From assembly GCA_964016885.1 (NCBI GenBank), contig OZ024740.1, positions 28,644,001-28,708,000 on the forward strand: a DNA stretch of 64,000 nt. Reading direction: 5' to 3'. The stretch is from Eledone cirrhosa. Taxonomy: Eukaryota. A program made the translations under genes and the position numbers. Every line of letters starts with the position of its first letter. Position 1 is the first letter of the stretch. The notes beneath the pieces were generated by a model. The model worked only from the letters and a program-made list of their open reading frames with translations. It ran no database searches and was not told the origin of the DNA. Below, piece by piece: positions 56,601 through 64,000 of the stretch.

Positions 56601-59600
56601 GCTGTCTTATATATGCGTCTACTGTGTTAACAGCTGTCTTATATATGCGTCTACTGTGTCAACAGCTGTCTTATATATGCGTCTACTGTGTTAACAGCTG
56701 TCTTATATATGCGTCTACTGTGTCAAGAGCTGTCTTATATATGTGTCTACTGTGTTAACAGCTGTCTTATATATGCGTCTACTGTGTTAACTGCTGTGTT
56801 ATATATGTGTCTACTGTGTTAACAGCTGTCTTATATATGTGTCTACTGTGTTAACAGCTGTCTTAAATATGTGGCTACTGTGTTAACAGCTGTCTTATAT
56901 ATGTGTCTACTGTGTCAACAGCTGTCTTATATATGTGTCTACTGTGTTAACAGCTGTCTTATATATGTGTCTACTGTGTTAACAGCTGTCTTATATATGT
57001 GTCTACTGTGTCAACAGCTGTCTTATATATGTGTCTACTGTGTTAACAGCTGTCTTATATATGTGTCTACTGTGTTAACAGCTGTCTTACATATGTGTGT
57101 ACTGTGTCAACAGCTGTGTTATATATGTGTCTACTGTGTTAACAGCTGTCTTATATATGTGTCTTCTGTGTTAACAGCTGTCTTATATATGTGTCTACTG
57201 TGTCAACAGCTGTGTTATATATGTGTCTACTGTGTTAACAGCTGTCTTACATATGTGTGTACTATGTCAACAGCTGTGTTATATATGTGTCTACTGTGTT
57301 AACAGCTGTCTTATATATGTGTCTACTGTGCTAACAGCTGTCTTATATATGTGTCTACTGTGTTAACAGATGTCTTATATATGTGTCTACTGTGCTAACA
57401 GCTGTCTTATATATGTGTCTACTGTGTTAACAGCTGTCTTATATATGTGTCTACTGGGCTAACAGCTGTCTTATATATGTGTCTACTGTGTTAACAGCTG
57501 TCTTATATATGTGTCTACTGTGTTAACAGCTGTGTTATATATGTGTCTACTGTGCTAACAGCTGTCTTATATATGTGTCTACTGTGCTAACGGCTGTGTT
57601 ATATATGTGTCGACAGTGTCAACAGCTGTCTTATATATGTGTCTACTGTGCTAACAGCTGTCTTATATATGTGTCTACTGTGCTAACAGCTGTGTTATAT
57701 ATGTGTCTACTGTGTCAACAGCTGTCTTATATATGTGTCTACTGTGCTAACAGCTGTGTTATATATGTGTCTACAGTGTCAACAGCTGTCTTATATATGT
57801 CTCTACTGTGTTAACAACTGTCTTATATATGTCTCTACTGTGCTAACAGCTGTCTTATATTTGTGTCTACAGTGTTAACAGCTGTCTTATATATGTGTCT
57901 ACTGTGTCAACAGCTGTCTTATATATGTGTCTACTGTGCTAACAGCTGTCTTATATATGTGTCTACTGTGCTAACAGCTGTCTTATATATGTGTCTACAG
58001 TGTCAACAGCTGTCTTATATATGTGTCTACTGTGTTAACAGCTGTCTTATATATGTCTCTACTGTGCTAACAGCTGTCTTATATATGTGTCTACTGTGTT
58101 AACAGCTGTCTTATATATGTGTCTACTGTGTCAACAGCTGTCTTATATATGTGTCTACTGTGCTAACAGCTGTGTTATATATGTGTCTACTGTGCTAACA
58201 GCTGTCTTATATATGTGTCTACAGTGTCAACAGCTGTCTTATATATGTGTCTACTGTGTTAACAGCTGTCTTATATATGTCTCTACTCTGCTAACAGCTG
58301 TCTTATATATGTGTCTACTGTGTTAACAGCTGTCTTATATATGTGTCTACTGTGTCAACAGCTGTCTTATATATGTGTCTACTGTGTTAACAGCTGTCTT
58401 ATATATGTGTCTACTGTGTCAACAGCTGTGTTATATATGTGTCTTCTGTGTTAACAGCTGTCTTATATATGCGTCTACTGTGTTAACTGCTGTGTTATAT
58501 ATGTGTCTACTGTGTTAACAGCTGTCTTATATATGTGTCTACTGTGTTAACAGCTGTCTTATACATGTGTCTACTGTGTCAACAGCTGTGTTATATATGT
58601 GTCTACTGTGTTAACAGCTGTCTTATATATGTGTCTACTGTGTCAACAGCTGTCTTATATATGTGTCTACTGTGTTAACAGCTGTCTTATATATGTGTCT
58701 ACTGTGCTAACAGCTGTCTTATATATGCGTCTACTGTGTTAACAGCTGTCTTATATATGTGTCTACTGTGTTAACAGCTGTCTTATATATGCGTCTACTG
58801 TGTTAACAGCTGTCTTATATATGCGTCTACTGTGTCAACAGCTGTCTTATATATGCGTCTACTGTGTTAACAGCTGTCTTATATATGCGTCTACTGTGTC
58901 AAGAGCTGTCTTATATATGTGTCTACTGTGTTAACAGCTGTCTTATATATGCGTCTACTGTGTTAACTGCTGTGTTATATATGTGTCTACTGTGTTAATA
59001 GCTGTCTTATATATGTGTCTACTGTGTTAACAGCTGTCTTAAATGTGTGTCTACTGTGTTAACAGCTGTCTTATATATGTGTCTACTGTGTCAACAGCTG
59101 TCTTATATATGTGTCTACTGTGTTAACAGCTGTCTTATATATGTGTCTACTGTGTTAACAGCTGTGTTATATATGTGTCTACTGTGTCAACAGCTGTCTT
59201 ATATATGTGTCTACTGTGTTAACAGCTGTCTTATATATGTGTCTACTGTGTCAACAGCTGTCTTATATATGTGTCTACTGTGCTAACAGCTGTGTTATAT
59301 ATGTGTCTACTGTGTCAACAGCTGTGTTATATATGTGTCTACTGTGTTAACAGCTGTCTTATATATGTGTCTACTGTGCTAACAGCTGTGTTATATATGT
59401 GTCTACTGTGTTAAGAGCTGTCTTATATATGTGTCTACTGTGCTAACAGCTGTCTTATATATGTGTCTACTGTGTTAACAGCTGTCTTATATATGTGTCT
59501 ACTGTGTTAACAGCTGTCTTATATATGTGTCTACTGTGTCAACAGCTGTGTTATATATGTGTCTTCTGTGTTAACAGCTGTCTTATATATGCGTCTACTG

Positions 59601-62280
59601 TGTTAACTGCTGTGTTATATATGTGTCTACTGTGTTAACAGCTGTCTTATATATGTGTCTACTGTGTTAACAGCTGTCTTATACATGTGTCTACTGTGTC
59701 AACAGCTGTGTTATATATGTGTCTACTGTGTTAACAGCTGTCTTATATATGTGTCTACTGTGTCAACAGCTGTCTTATATATGTGTCTACTGTGTTAACA
59801 GCTGTCTTATATATGTGTCTACTGTGCTAACAGCTGTCTTATATATGCGTCTACTGTGTTAACAGCTGTCTTATATATGTGTCTACTGTGTTAACAGCTG
59901 TCTTATATATGCGTCTACTGTGTTAACAGCTGTCTTATATATGCGTCTACTGTGTCAACAGCTGTCTTATATATGCGTCTACTGTGTTAACAGCTGTCTT
60001 ATATATGCGTCTACTGTGTCAAGAGCTGTCTTATATATGTGTCTACTGTGTTAACAGCTGTCTTATATATGCGTCTACTGTGTTAACTGCTGTGTTATAT
60101 ATGTGTCTACTGTGTTAACAGCTGTCTTATATATGTGTCTACTGTGTTAACAGCTGTCTTAAATATGTGTCTACTGTGTTAACAGCTGTCTTATATATGT
60201 GTCTACTGTGTCAACAGCTGTCTTATATATGTGTCTACTGTGTTAACAGCTGTCTTATATATGTGTCTACTGTGTTAACAGCTGTCTTATATATGTGTCT
60301 ACTGTGTCAACAGCTGTCTTATATATGTGTCTACTGTGTTAACAGCTGTCTTATATATGTGTCTACTGTGTTAACAGCTGTCTTACATATGTGTGTACTG
60401 TGTCAACAGCTGTGTTATATATGTGTCTACTGTGTTAACAGCTGTCTTATATATGTGTCTTCTGTGTTAACAGCTGTCTTATATATGTGTCTACTGTGTT
60501 AACAGCTGTGTTATATATGTGTCTACTGTGTCAACAGCTGTGTTATATATGTGTCTACTGTGTTAACAGCTGTCTTACATATGTGTGTACTATGTCAACA
60601 GCTGTGTTATATATGTGTCTACTGTGTTAACAGATGTCTTATATATGTGTCTACTGTGCTAACAGCTGTCTTATATATGTGTCTACTGTGTTAACAGATG
60701 TCTTATATATGAGTCTACTGTGTTAACAGCAGTCTTATATATGTCTCTACTGTGTTAACAGCTGTCTTATATATGTGTCTTCTGTGTTAACAGCTGTCTT
60801 ATATATGTCTCTACTGTGCTAACAGCTGTCTTATATATGTGTCTACTGTGTTAACAGCTGTCTTATATATGTGTCTACTGGGCTAACAGCTGTCTTATAT
60901 ATGTGTCTACTGTGTTAACAGCTGTCTTATATATGTGTCTACTGTGTTAACAGCTGTCTTATATATGTGTCTACTGTGTTAACAGCTGTCTTATATATGT
61001 GTCTACTGTGCTAACAGCTGTGTTATATATGTGTCGACAGTGTCAACAGCTGTCTTATATATGTGTCTACTGTGCTAACAGCTGTCTTATATATGTGTCT
61101 ACTGTGCTAACAGCTGTGTTATATATGTGTCTACTGTGTCAACAGCTGTCTTATATATGTGTCTACTGTGCTAACAGCTGTGTTATATATGTGTCTACAG
61201 TGTCAACAGCTGTCTTATATATGTCTCTACTGTGTTAACAACTGTCTTATATATGTCTCTACTGTGCTAACAGCTGTCTTATATATGTGTCTACAGTGTT
61301 AACAGCTGTCTTATATATGTGTCTACTGTGTCAACAGCTGTCTTATATATGTGTCTACTGTGCTAACAGCTGTCTTATATATGTGTCTACTGTGCTAACA
61401 GCTGTCTTATATATGTGTCTACAGTGTCAACAGCTGTCTTATATATGTGTCTACTGTGTTAACAGCTGTCTTATATATGTCTCTACTGTGCTAACAGCTG
61501 TCTTATATATGTGTCTACTGTGCTAACAGCTGTGTTATATATGTGTCTACAGTGTCAACAGCTGTCTTATATATGTGTCTACTGTGTTAACAGCTGTCTT
61601 ATATATGTCTCTACTGTGCTAACAGCTGTCTTATATATGTGTCTACTGTGCTAACAGCTGTGTTATATATGTGTCTACTGTGTTAAGAGCTGTCTTATAT
61701 ATGTGTCTACTGTGCTAACATCTGTCTTATATATGTGTCTACTGTGTCAACAGCTGTGTTATATATGTGTCTACTGTGTTAACAGCTGTCTTATATATGT
61801 GTCTACTGTGCTAACAGCTGTGTTATATATGTGTCTACTGTGCTAACAGCTGTCTTATATATGTGTCTACAGTGTCAACAGCTGTCTTATATATGTGTCT
61901 ACTGTGTTAACAGCTGTCTTATATATGTCTCTACTCTGCTAACAGCTGTCTTATATATGTGTCTACTGTGTTAACAGCTGTCTTATATATGTGTCTACTG
62001 TGTCAACAGCTGTCTTATATATGTGTCTACTGTGTTAACAGCTGTCTTATATATGTGTCTACTGTGTCAACAGCTGTGTTATATATGTGTCTTCTGTGTT
62101 AACAGCTGTCTTATATATGCGTCTACTGTGTTAACTGCTGTGTTATATATGTGTCTACTGTGTTAACAGCTGTCTTATATATGTGTCTACTGTGTTAACA
62201 GCTGTCTTATACATGTGTCTACTGTGTCAACAGCTGTGTTATATATGTGTCTACTGTGTTAACAGCTGTCTTATATATGT
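38650..62280. repeat. Roughly 11.6-11.9 kb tandem duplication (copy 1 about 38.65-50.6 kb, copy 2 about 50.6-62.3 kb)
   Basis: Paired rare variants: GTGCTATA about 39400/51240, GTTTCTAC 39571/51443, CAGTTG about 39716/51587, TATTTGT about 39792/51664, GATGTTTT 39941/51813. ORF offsets are 11872, 11808, 11828, 11668 and 11636. Confidence 0.9.
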
Positions 62281-64000
62281 GTCTACTGTGTCAACAGCTG
62301 TCTTATATATGTGTCTACTGTGTTAACAGCTGTCTTATATATGTGTCTACTGTGCTAACAGCTGTCTTATATATGCGTCTACTGTGTTAACAGCTGTCTT
62401 ATATATGTGTCTACTGTGTTAACAGCTGTCTTATATATGCGTCTACTGTGTTAACAGCTGTCTTATATATGCGTCTACTGTGTCAACAGCTGTCTTATAT
62501 ATGCGTCTACTGTGTTAACAGCTGTCTTATATATGCGTCTACTGTGTCAAGAGCTGTCTTATATATGTGTCTACTGTGTTAACAGCTGTCTTATATATGC
62601 GTCTACTGTGTTAACTGCTGTGTTATATATGTGTCTACTGTGTTAATAGCTGTCTTATATATGTGTCTACTGTGTTAACAGCTGTCTTAAATGTGTGTCT
62701 ACTGTGTTAACAGCTGTCTTATATATGTGTCTACTGTGTCAACAGCTGTCTTATATATGTGTCTACTGTGTTAACAGCTGTCTTATATATGTGTCTACTG
62801 TGTTAACAGCTGTGTTATATATGTGTCTACTGTGTCAACAGCTGTCTTATATATGTGTCTACTGTGTTAACAGCTGTCTTATATATGTGTCTACTGTGTC
62901 AACAGCTGTCTTATATATGTGTCTACTGTGCTAACAGCTGTGTTATATATGTGTCTACTGTGTCAACAGCTGTGTTATATATGTGTCTACTGTGTTAACA
63001 GCTGTCTTATATATGTGTCTACTGTGCTAACAGCTGTGTTATATATGTGTCTACTGTGTTAAGAGCTGTCTTATATATGTGTCTACTGTGCTAACAGCTG
63101 TCTTATATATGTGTCTACTGTGTTAACAGCTGTCTTATATATGTGTCTACTGTGTTAACAGCTGTCTTATATATGTGTCTACTGTGTCAACAGCTGTGTT
63201 ATATATGTGTCTTCTGTGTTAACAGCTGTCTTATATATGCGTCTACTGTGTTAACTGCTGTGTTATATATGTGTCTACTGTGTTAACAGCTGTCTTATAT
63301 ATGTGTCTACTGTGTTAACAGCTGTCTTATACATGTGTCTACTGTGTCAACAGCTGTGTTATATATGTGTCTACTGTGTTAACAGCTGTCTTATATATGT
63401 GTCTACTGTGTCAAGAGCTGTCTTATATATGTGTCTACTGTGTTAACAGCTGTCTTATATATGTGTCTACTGTGCTAACAGCTGTCTTATATATGCGTCT
63501 ACTGTGTTAACAGCTGTCTTATATATGTGTCTACTGTGTTAACAGCTGTCTTATATATGCGTCTACTGTGTTAACAGCTGTCTTATATATGCGTCTACTG
63601 TGTCAACAGCTGTCTTATATATGCGTCTACTGTGTTAACAGCTGTCTTATATATGCGTCTACTGTGTCAAGAGCTGTCTTATATATGTGTCTACTGTGTT
63701 AACAGCTGTCTTATATATGCGTCTACTGTGTTAACTGCTGTGTTATATATGTGTCTACTGTGTTAACAGCTGTCTTATATATGTGTCTACTGTGTTAACA
63801 GCTGTCTTAAATATGTGTCTACTGTGTTAACAGCTGTCTTATATATGTGTCTACTGTGTCAACAGCTGTCTTATATATGTGTCTACTGTGTTAACAGCTG
63901 TCTTATATATGTGTCTACTGTGCTAACAGCTGTCTTATATATGTGTCTACTGTGTTAACAGATGTCTTATATATGTGTCTACTGTGCTAACAGCTGTCTT
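40600..64000. repeat. Higher-order repeat domain C: 103-114-monomer units (commonest 108 = 3456 bp), each with an internal 35-monomer (1120 bp) repeat
   Basis: GTCGAC at 42325, 45781, 49397, 54153, 57609 and 61033. The TTAATAG+TTAAATGTGT marker lies near 43.9, 47.4, 55.7, 59.0 and 62.7 kb. GTCAAGAG pairs are 1120 bp apart (about 43774/44894). Confidence 0.88.

Larger units (their letters stand above)
1..64000. repeat. Tandem satellite array, 32-bp monomer TATATGTGTCTACTGTGTTAACAGCTGTCTTA, about 2,000 copies, open at both window ends
   Basis: The monomer can be read on every line, with most copies 0-2 substitutions from consensus. Common alleles: GTGTTAAC/GTGCTAAC/GTGTCAAC, CTGTCTTA/CTGTGTTA, ATGTGT/ATGCGT. 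No inversion or non-repeat insertion seen. Confidence 0.99.

Noticed and set aside
239-62934. Dozens of Cys/Val/Leu/Tyr-rich ORFs (68-143 aa) resembling a repetitive membrane or metal-binding protein family
   Set aside because: They are translations of the 32-bp monomer cycling through three frames (96-bp period). ORF length depends only on whether the TAA in GTTAAC is replaced by the CAA allele in frame. There are no unique termini or gene context, and most starts are GTG within the repeat.
1-64000. CRISPR array (32-bp, partly palindromic repeat)
   Set aside because: Monomers abut directly with no unique spacers, leader or cas genes.
1-64000. One giant recoded ORF (TAA read as Gln, as in ciliate codes, since TAA and CAA alternate at one position)
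   Set aside because: Tempting because consensus + strand stops are TAA only. However the unit is not a multiple of 3, each base is used in all three codon positions, and 1-bp and 2-bp indels are tolerated and propagated. Satellite evolution explains it more simply.
1-64000. TATA boxes or promoters from TATATA and TTAAAT motifs
   Set aside because: These are intrinsic to the monomer, with no downstream gene or other promoter evidence.
1-64000. Telomerase-type telomeric repeat or plasmid/phage iteron array
   Set aside because: There are no G-runs and no chromosome end in view. Heritable variant strings duplicated over kilobases indicate recombinational amplification rather than template synthesis. 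There is no rep gene and the array is far too long for iterons.
1-64000. Pure sequencing or assembly artefact (rolling-circle concatemer or synthetic repeat)
   Set aside because: Variants are structured hierarchically and shared between distant blocks with private mutations layered on top, unlike random error or a single fixed template. The exact copy number of the large duplications still needs read support.
1-64000. Embedded transposon, inversion or unique island hidden in the array
   Set aside because: None seen on reading through. The monomer phase from start to end is fully accounted for by 14 small indels.

Overview
The whole 64-kb window is one uninterrupted head-to-tail satellite array of a 32-bp monomer, consensus TATATGTGTCTACTGTGTTAACAGCTGTCTTA (about 2,000 copies, consensus 34% GC, T:A = 14:7 on the + strand). 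It runs off both window ends and never changes orientation. I found no unique sequence, genes, RNA genes, mobile elements or CRISPR spacers. All listed ORFs are translations of the repeat. The informative signal is the order of monomer variants, which shows nested higher-order structure: 40/45-monomer units (0-8.8 kb), a roughly 8.3-9.1 kb tandem duplication (13.3-30.9 kb), a distinct variant domain with 30-bp monomers (31.7-36.8 kb), and 103-114-monomer units inside a roughly 11.8-kb tandem duplication (38.7-62.3 kb). I also see a register-preserving, gene-conversion-like patch, a microhomology-bounded 20-bp duplication, and several rare variants that improve local palindromes. The organisation resembles eukaryotic satellite DNA (inference). 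I do not recognise the family, host or function, and I found no evidence of a novel gene-based system. All offsets were counted by eye and block boundaries are approximate.
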